From an uncultured Gemmataceae bacterium (GTDB lineage: Bacteria > Planctomycetota > Planctomycetia > Gemmatales > Gemmataceae), in assembly GCA_963750165.1 (NCBI GenBank), contig CAVVPN010000003.1, positions 2,272,001-2,336,000 of the forward strand: a DNA stretch of 64,000 nt, given 5' to 3'. A program made the translations under genes and the position numbers. The notes beneath the pieces were generated by a model. It saw only the letters and a program-made list of their open reading frames with translations, was not told where the DNA came from and ran no database searches. The first letter of the stretch is position 1, and every line of letters starts with the position of its first letter. Below, piece after piece: positions 10,458 to 20,046 of the stretch.

Positions 10458-11008
10458 GGTTTCTCTTGGTCCAGGGCGTCGCCCAGCTGTTGCAGCAGCA
10501 GCCGGCGGGCCTTGAAGACGCGCCAGCGGGCGGTTTCCTCGGTCACTTTGAGGATCTGGGCGATTTCCGAAAACGCCAAATCTTGTTGTGTCCGGAGCAA
10601 AAACGGCGCCCGCAGTCGGGCGGGCAGCAGTTCCAGGGCGGCGCGGAGTTGCGTCTGCAATTCCTGGGTGACCAGCGTGGTCACCGGCTCCGGTTCACGG
10701 GTGGCGACGCTGTCCGGCAGCGGTTGGGGCCGGATGCCACGGCCGCCGCGCTGGCGGTCGAGCATGCCGTTGTGGGCGATGCGGAACAGCCAGGCGCGGA
10801 AGTGGGTGCCGGCCTGGAAGGTGGCGAGCTTGCCCCAGGCTTTGAGGAAGGCGTCCTGCGTCAGGTCCTCGGCGGCGTGGGCGTCGTGCGTCAGGCCGTA
10901 CAGCCAGCGGTACAGCCGCGCCCAGTAGGCGTTGACGAGCGTCGCGAAGGCGGCGCGGTCTCCCCGCTGGGCGCGGCGGACCAACGCGGCTTCGTCGGCG
11001 TGCGTCAT
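10454..11008 (-). CDS. ECF RNA polymerase sigma-70 factor
   Basis: AEDLTQDAFLKAW and FRAWLFRIAHN (region 2); FSEIAQIL...TARWRVFKAR (region 4). Confidence 0.93.
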   Translation of the reverse strand: MTHADEAALVRRAQRGDRAAFATLVNAYWARLYRWLYGLTHDAHAAEDLTQDAFLKAWGKLATFQAGTHFRAWLFRIAHNGMLDRQRGGRGIRPQPLPDSVATREPEPVTTLVTQELQTQLRAALELLPARLRAPFLLRTQQDLAFSEIAQILKVTEETARWRVFKARRLLLQQLGDALDQEKP

Positions 11009-11249
11009 CGTTTCCCTCGAACCCGGCCGTATAAAACAACGCGGGCCGGGCGCGTTCGTTGGCGCGAAAAAGCGCGACCCACACTTGCAGTTTCGCACAG
11101 GATGGGCAAGACGGCCAGCAATTTTCGGAGTTACAGGGACCGCAACGGCGTTCACCAGAAATTCACACACTTCCCTTTGGACGGCGGCCTCGGACGCCGT
11201 TACGATGACGCGGCCCCGAACTCCGATTCGCTGCCAAGGAGAGTCCGCC

Positions 11250-12179
11250 ATGAAACGTCTGCTGCTCGCCGCGATGACGGTCGGCCTGCTCGCCGCCGCG
11301 GTGGCCCTGTCGCGCAACGCCGCCCCCGGCACCAGGGACGCCGACCCCGTTCCCTTCAAGATCCAGGTCGAAAAGCAAAACCCCTGGAACCACCTCAAGG
11401 CCAACAACGCCAGCGGCACCTTCCGCTTCGCCATCGTCTCCGACCGCACCGGCGGCCCGCGCCCCGGCGTCTTCGAGCGCGCCGTCGAGCAGCTCAACTG
11501 GCTGCAACCGGAGTTCGTCGTTTCCGTCGGCGACCTCATCCAGGGCGCGAAGAACCTCGAGAAGATCGATGACCAGTGGAAGGAGTTCAACGGCTTCATC
11601 GCCAAGTTGGAGATGCCGTTCTTCTACGTGCCGGGCAACCACGACTATGCCAACAAGATTCTGGCGAAGCGCTGGAACGAGCAGTTCGGCCGCAACTACT
11701 ACCACTTCGTCTACAAGGACGTGCTGTTCCTGCTGCTCAACACCGAGGATGTACCGGCCAGGGGGCCGGGCAAGTTCGGCGCCGAGCAGATCACTTACGT
11801 CAAGAAGGCGCTGCAGGACAACCGCGCCGTGCGCTGGACGATGGTTTTCCTGCACAAGCCGGTCTGGACGTACAAGGAAAAGGAAATCAACGACAGCGGC
11901 TGGCTGGAAATCGAGGGGGCGCTGGCCGGCCGCAAGTACACGGTGTTCGCCGGCCACAAGCACCGTTACGAGGCCTTTCAGCGGCAGGGTCGCGCCTATT
12001 ACATGCTGGCGACCACCGGCGGCAGCAGCAAACTGCGCGGCCCAGAAGAGGGCGAGTTCGATCACATTGTCTGGGTGACCATGAAGAAGGACGGCCCGGT
12101 GCTGGCCAACCTGATGATGTCCGGGATTTACCCACGCGACGTGAAGATGCAAAAAGCCGCCGAGGAGAAGGAAGACTGA
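11250..12179 (+). CDS. Secreted calcineurin-like metallophosphoesterase
   Basis: Signal peptide; SDRTG, GDLI, PGNHD, HKP and AGHKH motifs. Confidence 0.9.
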   Translation: MKRLLLAAMTVGLLAAAVALSRNAAPGTRDADPVPFKIQVEKQNPWNHLKANNASGTFRFAIVSDRTGGPRPGVFERAVEQLNWLQPEFVVSVGDLIQGAKNLEKIDDQWKEFNGFIAKLEMPFFYVPGNHDYANKILAKRWNEQFGRNYYHFVYKDVLFLLLNTEDVPARGPGKFGAEQITYVKKALQDNRAVRWTMVFLHKPVWTYKEKEINDSGWLEIEGALAGRKYTVFAGHKHRYEAFQRQGRAYYMLATTGGSSKLRGPEEGEFDHIVWVTMKKDGPVLANLMMSGIYPRDVKMQKAAEEKED

Positions 12180-12248
12180 TCCACAAATGACACAGATAAA
12201 GACAAATTAAGATGTCTTTAGCTGCGTTATCTGTGTCATCTGTGGATC
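12178..12248. repeat. REP-like inverted repeat (CCACAxATGACACAGAT family), between convergent genes
   Basis: GATCCACAAATGACACAGATAA ... TTATCTGTGTCATCTGTGGATC. Confidence 0.8.
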
Positions 12249-12254
12249 GGGTTT

Positions 12255-12952
12255 TTATGTCTCCTCGCGGTGCTCGCGGAAGCGGTAGCCGACGCCGCGC
12301 ACCGTCTCGATGTACTCCGACTCGCCGCCCAGCTTCTTGCGCAGCGTTTTGATATGCACGTCGATGGTGCGCTCCAGGACGATCTGCCCCTCGCCGATGG
12401 CCATGTCCATCAGCTGCGCCGCGTGAACGCCCGGCCCGGCTGCCGCAGCAGACACTCCAGCAACCGAAACTCCGTCGGCGTCAGTTCCAGCTTGCCTTCG
12501 TTGACCGTGGCCAGGTGCCGCACGCGGTCGATGCGCACGCCCAGGTGCTCGACCACGTCGCCCGGCTCGGCGTTGGCCTCGATGCGCCGCAGCAGGGCCT
12601 TGATGCGCTGCATCAGCACCTTGATGCCGAACGGCTTGGTCACGTAGTCGTCGGCGCCCATCGTGAAGCCGACCACCTGGTCGGTCTCCTCCGCCTTGGC
12701 GGTCAGCATCAGGATCGGCACGTGCCGGGTGCGCTCGCCGCCGCGCAGCTCGCGACACACCTCCAGGCCGTCCATGGTCGGCAGCATCAGGTCCAGGATG
12801 ATGAGGTCGGGCAGTTGCATTTGTGCTTTGCGTAACCCCTCCTGACCGTCGTGGGCAATGATGGTGTCATAGCCCTCGCGTTGGAGGTTGTACTGCAGCA
12901 CGTCGGTCAGGCCACGCTCGTCTTCGATAATCAGGATTCGTGGTCGGGCCAT
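12255..12952 (-). CDS. phoB: PhoB-type response regulator (frameshift near 12418)
   Basis: Receiver motifs [21 protein letters not shown]; wHTH end ERTIDVHI...TVRGVGY lies in another frame; pst context. Confidence 0.85.
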
Positions 12953-13020
12953 CGCAGTTCGTACTCCCAAAGCAGCAGCGCTCGACATAGACTCCTCGTT
13001 CCAGGGCAATCGAGTTGGGG

Positions 13021-13698
13021 TCAGTCCCCCTCCACATTCACCTTCGCGGGGCGGTGGCGGACGATCTCGCCCTCCACCAGGTACACCACGTCCTCGGCGA
13101 TGTTGGTGGCGTGGTCGGCGATCCGCTCCAGGTGGCGCGTCGCGGAAAACATCGACAGGCCGGGTGCCACCATGTCCGGCGACTCCTGCATGACGCGGAT
13201 CAACTCCTCCACCATTTCGCAGTTGTAGCGGTCCACCTCGTCGTCCAGGCGGCAGACCAGCCGGGCCAGCCGCGAGTCCAGGTTGACGAAAGCGTCCAGG
13301 CTTTGCCGCACCATCGACGTGGTCAGGTCGGTCATGCGCTGCAGCTTTTCCGGGATCGGCACCGGTGGCAGCGCCGCCAGGCTGACGGCACGCTCGGCAA
13401 TCTCCTCGGCCAGGTCGGCGATCCGCTCCAGTTCGGAGTTGATCTTGATGACCGCGGCGGTGCGGCGCAGGTCGCTGGCCACCGGCTGGTGCAGCGCCAG
13501 AATCTTCAGACACGCCTCCTCAATATGGTTCTCTTCCTCGTCAATTTCGCTGTCCCCGGCGATGACCTCCTTCGCCAGGGCGGCATCGCGGCACTGCAGC
13601 GCCCGCGTCGCCTTGTGGATCGCGTCCTCGACGGACGCCGCCATGATCAGGATGTCGTGCTGCAACCGCTCCAGGTCGCGTTCCAGATGTTTGGACAT
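13021..13698 (-). CDS. phoU: Phosphate signalling protein PhoU
   Basis: QPVASDLR, ELERIAD and HLERIADHATNIAE repeats. Confidence 0.96.
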   Translation of the reverse strand: MSKHLERDLERLQHDILIMAASVEDAIHKATRALQCRDAALAKEVIAGDSEIDEEENHIEEACLKILALHQPVASDLRRTAAVIKINSELERIADLAEEIAERAVSLAALPPVPIPEKLQRMTDLTTSMVRQSLDAFVNLDSRLARLVCRLDDEVDRYNCEMVEELIRVMQESPDMVAPGLSMFSATRHLERIADHATNIAEDVVYLVEGEIVRHRPAKVNVEGD

Positions 13699-13748
13699 CT
13701 TGCTTGCTCGGGTTCGGGGTTGTGAAAGTCGTCTGCCGAACCCTCAGA

Positions 13749-14579
13749 TTACCCGAACCGTCCCGTGATGTAATCCTCGGTTTGCTTGACCTTCGGCCGC
13801 GTGTACACCTCGTCGGTCGGCCCGGCCTCGATCAACCGGCCCTGGAAGAAAAACGCGGTGACGTCCGAGACCCGCGCCGCCTGCTGCATGTTGTGCGTGA
13901 CGATCACAATCGTGTAGTTGCGCCGCAGCTCGAACACCAGATCCTCGATGCGCGCCGTTGAGGCCGGGTCGAGCGCCGACGCGGGTTCGTCCATCAGGAG
14001 CACTTCCGGGTCGGTCGCCAGCGCCCGCGCGATGCACAGCCGCTGCTGCTGGCCGCCCGACAGCCCCAGCGCCAGGTCGTTCAACCGATCCTTGACCTCT
14101 TCCCACAGCGCCGCCTGCTTCAGACAGCGCTCGGCAATCTCGTTCAGCAGTGCCCGGTTGCGCAGCCCCGCGACCCGCGGGCCGAACACCACGTTCTCAT
14201 AAATGGACTTGGGGAAGGGGTTCGACTTCTGAAAGACCATGCCCACACGACGACGCAGGTTCACCAGGTCCACGCCGCGCCGGTAAACGTCCTCGCCCTC
14301 CAGCAGCACCTCGCCGACGTGCCGGGTGCCCTCGATCAGGTCGTTCATGCGGTTCAGGCAGCGCAGCAGCGTCGATTTGCCGCAGCCCGACGGCCCGATG
14401 AACGCCACCACCGCCCGCTCCGGAATGGTCAGCCCCACGTCGAACAGCGACTGCTGGCCGCCGTACCAGAACGACAGGCCGCGCACCTCGAACTTGGGCG
14501 GCGCCCCCTTCAGGTCGGGTAACTCGCGGCCGGTCGAGTTGCGCTCCGACAGGATCGCTGAATACGACAGCGTGGACAC
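13749..14579 (-). CDS. pstB: Phosphate ABC transporter ATP-binding protein
   Basis: [32 protein letters not shown]. Confidence 0.97.
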   Translation of the reverse strand: MSTLSYSAILSERNSTGRELPDLKGAPPKFEVRGLSFWYGGQQSLFDVGLTIPERAVVAFIGPSGCGKSTLLRCLNRMNDLIEGTRHVGEVLLEGEDVYRRGVDLVNLRRRVGMVFQKSNPFPKSIYENVVFGPRVAGLRNRALLNEIAERCLKQAALWEEVKDRLNDLALGLSGGQQQRLCIARALATDPEVLLMDEPASALDPASTARIEDLVFELRRNYTIVIVTHNMQQAARVSDVTAFFFQGRLIEAGPTDEVYTRPKVKQTEDYITGRFG

Positions 14580-14633
14580 TTGTCACCTCGGCCGGCAGCG
14601 CGGCGCAAAAAATCCAATGTGTAGATAATCTTA

Positions 14634-14670
14634 GTTTATGGGGCGATTGTGTGGCTTGTATGAAGAACGG
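14634..14670 (-). promoter_or_regulatory. Putative Pho box upstream of pstB
   Basis: Minus strand CCGTTCTTCAT-N19-CATAAAC with 11-bp periodic CA(T/C)A; same ends and spacing as the site upstream of pstS. Confidence 0.65.
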
Positions 14671-14678
14671 GCAAAGGA

Positions 14679-16076
14679 TCAGGTCGGTGGCCGCGTCGGC
14701 AGCCGCACGATGAAGTGCGTGCCCTTGCCCAGCTGGCTGCTGGCCCGCACGGTCCCCTGCAGCGCCTGCACCAGATGCTTGACAATCGACAGCCCCAGAC
14801 CGGTGCCGCCCAGCTCGCGCGAGCGGGCCTTGTCCACGCGGTAGAAGCGCTCGAAGATACGCGGCAAATCGTGAGCGGCGATGCCGATGCCGTTGTCCTG
14901 TACCTCCAGGCACGCCTGACCGTCCTCGCGCCACCAGCGCACGCGGATGTGGCCGCCGGCCGGCGTGTACTTGACGGCGTTATCCACCAGGTTGTCGAGG
15001 ATTTCGCCGACGGCCTCCTCGTCGGCCCAGGTGAGCACGTGCTCGGCCGGCTCCGGCGACACCGCCTCCAGCTGCTGCCGCTTGGCCTCGGCCCGGGCGT
15101 GGTGCCGTTCCAGACAGCCAATCACCGCCTGATCGACGCGCACCTGCTGGAACACGAACGCCTCCGCTCCCGACTCGATCCGTGCCAGGCTGAGCATGTC
15201 CAGAATCAGCGCGTACAGCCGGTCGGCCTGCTCGGCGATGCGCTCCAGGAACGGGCCGCGGAACTGCGAGTCGTCGATGGCGCCGTCGAGCAGCGTCTCG
15301 GCGCAGACCTTGATGACCGACAGCGGCGTCTTGAGTTCGTGCGAGACGTTGGCGACGAAGTCCTGCCGCAGCCGCTCCAGGCGGCGCAGCTCGGTGGTGT
15401 CGTGGAAGACCAGCACGGCGCCGCGCGGCGGCACATTGGACAGCGGGCCGACGTGGACCGTCAGGCTCTTGGTGACGGGGCCGTTCCAGTTCAGCTCCTG
15501 ACGGTGCGACTTCGACTCGGCCAGAGCGGTCTCCACCACTTCCTGCAACTGGCGGTGGCGCACGACCTCCCAGAGTTTGCGGCCGACAGCGCTGGCGGTG
15601 TGGAAGTCGAGCAGTTGACCGGCGCGCTCGTTGGCGAACAGGACGGCGAAGTCGCGGTCGATGGCGACGACGCCCTCGACCATGCTGCTGAGGACGGCAC
15701 GCAGCTGCTGGCGGTCCTCATCGACGCGGGCGAACTGCTCGCCCAGGCGTTCGCTCATGCGGTTGAAGGCGCTGGCCAGCTGGCCGATGGCGTCGCGGTC
15801 ATCGACGTAGACGCGGGTGGCGTAGTCGCCGGCGGCGACGTGTTCGATGGCCTGGGTCAGTTCGTTCAGCAGCAGCGTGCGCCGCCGGGCCAGTGCCCGC
15901 GAGCCCGTGACGGCGACGGTGAGCCCGACGGCCGTGGCGGCCAGCACCGCCCAGGCCAGCGACCGGTCCAGCACCGCGCCCTGGGCCCCCAGCACCACGG
16001 TCAGCGCCAGCACCACGGTCAGCACCACGCCGCTGCCCAGGAGCAGCACCTGTCGGAAGATGTACAACGGCCACAT
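14679..16076 (-). CDS. phoR: PhoR-type sensor histidine kinase (HAMP, PAS, HisKA, HATPase)
   Basis: DFVANVSHELKTPL, NAVKYT, FERFYRVDKARSRELGGTGLGLSIVKH. Confidence 0.9.
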   Translation of the reverse strand: MWPLYIFRQVLLLGSGVVLTVVLALTVVLGAQGAVLDRSLAWAVLAATAVGLTVAVTGSRALARRRTLLLNELTQAIEHVAAGDYATRVYVDDRDAIGQLASAFNRMSERLGEQFARVDEDRQQLRAVLSSMVEGVVAIDRDFAVLFANERAGQLLDFHTASAVGRKLWEVVRHRQLQEVVETALAESKSHRQELNWNGPVTKSLTVHVGPLSNVPPRGAVLVFHDTTELRRLERLRQDFVANVSHELKTPLSVIKVCAETLLDGAIDDSQFRGPFLERIAEQADRLYALILDMLSLARIESGAEAFVFQQVRVDQAVIGCLERHHARAEAKRQQLEAVSPEPAEHVLTWADEEAVGEILDNLVDNAVKYTPAGGHIRVRWWREDGQACLEVQDNGIGIAAHDLPRIFERFYRVDKARSRELGGTGLGLSIVKHLVQALQGTVRASSQLGKGTHFIVRLPTRPPT

Positions 16077-16101
16077 GAGTGCGTTACCCGTTCGCCTCTG
16101 G

Positions 16102-16133
16102 CTTCCCTCGCCCCCTGAAGGGGGCGAGGGAAG
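16102..16133. repeat. Short GC hairpin (REP-like or terminator) between pstA and phoR
   Basis: CTTCCCTCGCCCCC-TGAA-GGGGGCGAGGGAAG. Confidence 0.65.
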
Positions 16134-16142
16134 GAAAAACTG

Positions 16143-17597
16143 TTACCACTTCGTCTTGAGTTGCGCCCGGCTGCGCAGCACGATCGCCACCGCGTTCAGC
16201 GCCAGCAGCACGGCCAGCAGCAGCAGGCTGGCCATGGCCGCGTTGTAGCGCCAGATCTCGACCCGCTCGCCGCCGACCATCTCCGCCGGCAGGTCCGCCC
16301 AGCCGAAAATCTGCATCGGCAGGATGGTGAAGCGGCTGAACAATCCCGGATCCTCGTTGACGAACAGCAGCGCCCCGAACAGCACCAGCGGCGCCGCCTC
16401 GCCGACCGCCCGCGACAGCGACAGGATCGTGCCCGTCAGGATGCCCGGCCGGGCCAGCGGCAGCACCTGCGTCCAGATCACCTGCCAGCGCGTCGCCCCC
16501 AGCGCGTAGGCGCCCTGCCGGATCGAGACCGGCACCGCCCGGATCGCCTCCTGGGCCGAAACGATGATGACTGGCAGCGTCAGCAGACCGAGCGTCAGAC
16601 CGCCGCCGAGCACGTTACGGGCCGCGATGTCGGCGCCGGCCGCCTCGATCGGCTTGAAGATCAGTTCCACGAACACGAACGCTCCCAGGATGCCGTACAC
16701 CACCGACGGCACGCCCGCCAGGTTGTTGATGTTCACCTGGATCAGGCTGTTCAGCCGGCCCTGCTGCCGATATTCCTCCAGATACAGCGCCGCCGCCACG
16801 CCGACCGGCACCGCGAACAGCACCGTGATGAGCGCCACCATCAAACTGCCCAGCAGCGCCGGCCAGACGCCGGAGTCCTGCGGCCGGTCGCTCGGCCCGT
16901 GCGTCAGGAAGTACCACAGCAATCCCTGCGGCGACGTGTCCGCCCGGTAGTTGCGCTCGTATTCGATCAGCTTTTCCCTGGCCGTGCGCTCGACGTTCTC
17001 GCGCTGCCGCGGCCCGATCTTCTGCTGGTACAGCTGGACGATGGCCGCCTTCTTCGCCTCGCGCTGGCCGGAGTCCAGTTTCATCCCGTCCACCGCCGCC
17101 AGTTCCTTGCGCATCTCCGCGTCCACCTGCGCCTGCCGCTTGCGGATGGTTTCCTGCAGCCCCGCACCTTCGCTCTCCGCGGCCCCCTGCTTCAGGCGGG
17201 CGTTGTACCGCTCAACCAACTCCGGCATGTGCTCGAACCAGGCTTTGGCCTCGGACAGCAGTTGCACGAAGAACACGACCAGCACCGCCAGGCCGAAGAA
17301 CGTGGCCGCGAAGCCGACCCAGGCGAACGCACGGTCTGCCAGCGGCCGCGAATACCGCAGCACCCGGGCCACAACCAGAACGGCGAACAACAGGGCGGTC
17401 CAGCCCACCGTGCCGCCCACGAGGCCGATGAAGCTGACCGGCGTATCCGGGCCGGGCAGGAACAGCAGCAGCAGGAAGATCACCGGGGCGGCGCGCCAGG
17501 TGATCGGCCAGGCCCGTTGCACGGACGCCCGGAACAGCGCCCCGAGCGGCTGGTCGGTGCTGCGGCTGGCCTCGGCGATGGTGGTTGGTTCGTTCAT
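16143..17597 (-). CDS. pstA: Phosphate ABC transporter permease PstA, with N-terminal extension and coiled-coil insert
   Basis: AALYLEEY, NLAGVPSVVYG, EAIRAVP...AYALGATRWQ; ATG 17597 overlaps the pstC stop. Confidence 0.9.
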   Translation of the reverse strand: MNEPTTIAEASRSTDQPLGALFRASVQRAWPITWRAAPVIFLLLLFLPGPDTPVSFIGLVGGTVGWTALLFAVLVVARVLRYSRPLADRAFAWVGFAATFFGLAVLVVFFVQLLSEAKAWFEHMPELVERYNARLKQGAAESEGAGLQETIRKRQAQVDAEMRKELAAVDGMKLDSGQREAKKAAIVQLYQQKIGPRQRENVERTAREKLIEYERNYRADTSPQGLLWYFLTHGPSDRPQDSGVWPALLGSLMVALITVLFAVPVGVAAALYLEEYRQQGRLNSLIQVNINNLAGVPSVVYGILGAFVFVELIFKPIEAAGADIAARNVLGGGLTLGLLTLPVIIVSAQEAIRAVPVSIRQGAYALGATRWQVIWTQVLPLARPGILTGTILSLSRAVGEAAPLVLFGALLFVNEDPGLFSRFTILPMQIFGWADLPAEMVGGERVEIWRYNAAMASLLLLAVLLALNAVAIVLRSRAQLKTKW

Positions 17598-18571
17598 TGG
17601 TACACCTGGCGATAGCGGCGCAGCACGCGGCGGGCGACGACGTTCAGGCCCAGCGTCAGGAAGAACAGCACGGCGGCGACGGCGAACAGGCTGTTGAAGT
17701 CGGTGGTGCCGTGCGGCACGTCGCCCTTGGCCATGCGGACGATGAAGCTGGTCATGGTGGCGATGCCCTCGCGCGGGTCGAGCGTCAGTTTGGCGCGGTC
17801 GCCGCACGCCAGGCTGACGGCCATGGTTTCGCCGATGGCCCGCGAGATGGCCAGGATGAACGAGGCCACGACGCCCGACAGCGCCGCCGGCACGACCACG
17901 CGCCAGGACACCTCGAACTTGTTGGCCCCCAGGGCGTAGCCGCCGTCGCGGAGGGCGCGTGGCACCGAGCGCATGGCGTCCTCGCTGAGCGACGCGACCA
18001 TCGGAATAATCATGATGCCAACGACGATGCCGCCGCTGAGCTGGTTGTAGGGCACGCCGAGGCCGGGGATGAACAGGGCCAGGAACGGCGTCACGGCGGT
18101 GATGGCGAAGAAGCCGTAGACAACGGTGGGGATGCCGGCCAGCAGTTCCAGCGTCGGCTTGGCGATGGAGCGGACGCGCGGGTTGGCGTATTCGCTGAGG
18201 TACAGCGCCGTGGCCAGGCCGATGGGCAACGCGATGGCGGCGGCGATGACGGCGACGAGCAGGGTGCCGGCGAGCAGCGGCAGGATGCCGTACTCCGGTG
18301 GCAAAAAGCCCGCCGTCCATTTGTCGCCGCGGACGAAGTAGCGCAACCGCTGCAGGATTAGCTCGACGGCCATTGGCTTGTCGTTCTGCAGGGTGAAGAA
18401 CTCGACGGAGCCGTAAATCACCACCGCCGCGATGGCCACCGTGATGACGACCGCCAGCAGACCGCAGCACATCAGGAAGAACTCGACGAGCCGCTCCCAG
18501 TAGATCTGGGCGCCGGACATCGTGCGGCGGAGCAGCGCGCGAACTGGGGTCGGTTGGTGAGTAAGGGCCAC
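17594..18571 (-). CDS. pstC: Phosphate ABC transporter permease PstC
   Basis: ELLAGIPTVVYG, SEDAMRSVP, SRAIGETM. Confidence 0.95.
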   Translation of the reverse strand: MALTHQPTPVRALLRRTMSGAQIYWERLVEFFLMCCGLLAVVITVAIAAVVIYGSVEFFTLQNDKPMAVELILQRLRYFVRGDKWTAGFLPPEYGILPLLAGTLLVAVIAAAIALPIGLATALYLSEYANPRVRSIAKPTLELLAGIPTVVYGFFAITAVTPFLALFIPGLGVPYNQLSGGIVVGIMIIPMVASLSEDAMRSVPRALRDGGYALGANKFEVSWRVVVPAALSGVVASFILAISRAIGETMAVSLACGDRAKLTLDPREGIATMTSFIVRMAKGDVPHGTTDFNSLFAVAAVLFFLTLGLNVVARRVLRRYRQVYQ

Positions 18572-18587
18572 GAAAATCTCCTCAGGC

Positions 18588-18666
18588 AGTCATTAGTCAT
18601 TGGTCATTAGTCATTAGTGAACTGGAACTCAGATCACTAATGACTAATGACCAATGACTAATGACT
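18588..18666. repeat. Inverted array of heptamer tandem repeats (TCATTAG/TCATTGG)
   Basis: About four heptamers on each arm, in inverted orientation; the right arm overlaps the last pstS codons. Confidence 0.85.
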
Positions 18667-19582
18667 CTTCCAGCTTTTCCTGCTGCTCATACTGGCCGCG
18701 GGCGTTCAGCGCAACGTAGCGGGCCTGCGTCACCAGATCATTGCGGCGCAGGTAGAAGCGCAGGAACGCCCGCACCTCCGGCCGCTCCAGCGCCGTGCGC
18801 CGCACGTACACGAACAGCGGCCGGCTCAACGGCTGGTACTGCTTCGACAGCACCGTCTCGGTGTTCGGCTCGACATACGGCCCGCCCGCCTTCGCCGCAA
18901 CCGCGACCACGCCCAGTTCGCTGCGGTTGGACTCGTAGTAGGCCAGGCCCAGGTAGCCCAGCGCGTACTTGTTGGCCGCGACGCCGTTAATCAGGTTGTT
19001 GTCGTCCTCGCTGCTGCTGTAGTCGGTGCGCGACGAACCCGCCTTGCCGTTGACCGCCTCGGTGAAGTAGTCGAAGGTGCCCGAGTCCGTCCCGGGGCCG
19101 TACAGCGCGATCTCCTCCTCCGGCCAGCTTGAATCGACATCGCTCCAGAGCTTCGCGTGCCCCTTGGCCTGCCAGATTTTCTTGAGCTGCGCCACCGTCA
19201 TGCGCCGCGCCCAGGTGTTGTCCTTGTTGATGATGACCGCCAGACCGTCCCAACCGACTTGCAGTTCGAGGTAGTCGATGCCGTGCTTCCGGCAGGCCTC
19301 GGCTTCCGCGGGCTTGATCGGCCGCGAGGCATCCTGCAGGTCGGTCTCGCCCGCGGCGAATTTCTTGAAGCCGCCACCCGTGCCGGAGATGCCGATGTTG
19401 ATGCGCACGCCTGGGTGCTGCGTCGTGAAGCCCGTCGCCATCGCCTTGGTAATCAGGTAGACCGTGCTGGAACCGTCCACCTCGATCTTGCCGCGCAGCC
19501 GATCCGGGGAGTCGTCCCCGTGACAGCCGGCCAGGACCAGCGGCGCCAGGCAGATCGCGAGCAGCAGGAGAAAGAGTCTCAT
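18644..19582 (-). CDS. pstS: Phosphate ABC transporter substrate-binding lipoprotein
   Basis: Lipobox [37 protein letters not shown]. Confidence 0.95.
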   Translation of the reverse strand: MRLFLLLLAICLAPLVLAGCHGDDSPDRLRGKIEVDGSSTVYLITKAMATGFTTQHPGVRINIGISGTGGGFKKFAAGETDLQDASRPIKPAEAEACRKHGIDYLELQVGWDGLAVIINKDNTWARRMTVAQLKKIWQAKGHAKLWSDVDSSWPEEEIALYGPGTDSGTFDYFTEAVNGKAGSSRTDYSSSEDDNNLINGVAANKYALGYLGLAYYESNRSELGVVAVAAKAGGPYVEPNTETVLSKQYQPLSRPLFVYVRRTALERPEVRAFLRFYLRRNDLVTQARYVALNARGQYEQQEKLEESLVIGH

Positions 19583-19667
19583 GGGTCGATGCAGTTCCGT
19601 TGTGCGCGGCGCAGGATTCGAGTCGCCAAAGACGACCAGAGGGATCGTATGACGAACCCAGGGGCAG

Positions 19668-19704
19668 GTTTATGAACGGGACGCGAAGATTCAATGAAGA
19701 ACGG
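19668..19704 (-). promoter_or_regulatory. Putative Pho box upstream of pstS
   Basis: Minus strand CTTCATTGAAT CTTCGCGTCCC GTTCATAAAC, three 11-bp-spaced units; matches 14634-14670. Confidence 0.7.
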
Positions 19705-19715
19705 ATCGGTTCGGC

Positions 19716-19979
19716 TCAGGTCGGCGGGGGCGGCAGTTGTTCGTTCTTGTAGCGCGGATACAGGTCGAGGCCCATGACGAGCAGGGCGACGAGGACGTGC
19801 TTGGCCACGACCAGCGCCAGGATGGCGGGCAGCGGCCCCAACGTGATGCACCACACCGTCAGCAGTACGGTAATCATGGTCATGCCGACCTGCCACAGGC
19901 GGAAGTGCAGGCGACGCAGGTTATCGTCGTCCGCGACGGAGACGCGCGGCGGCAGTTCCGGGGGTGCCAGGGACGCCAT
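19716..19979 (-). CDS. Small membrane protein (two TM helices)
   Basis: 87-aa ORF with GAGG RBS and a hydrophobic hairpin. Confidence 0.7.
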   Translation of the reverse strand: MASLAPPELPPRVSVADDDNLRRLHFRLWQVGMTMITVLLTVWCITLGPLPAILALVVAKHVLVALLVMGLDLYPRYKNEQLPPPPT

Positions 19980-20046
19980 GACCTCAGTCCTCGGTGTCGA
20001 GCTATCGACGTTTTCAGCGTAGCCGCCGCCGTGCCGTCAGGCAAGT

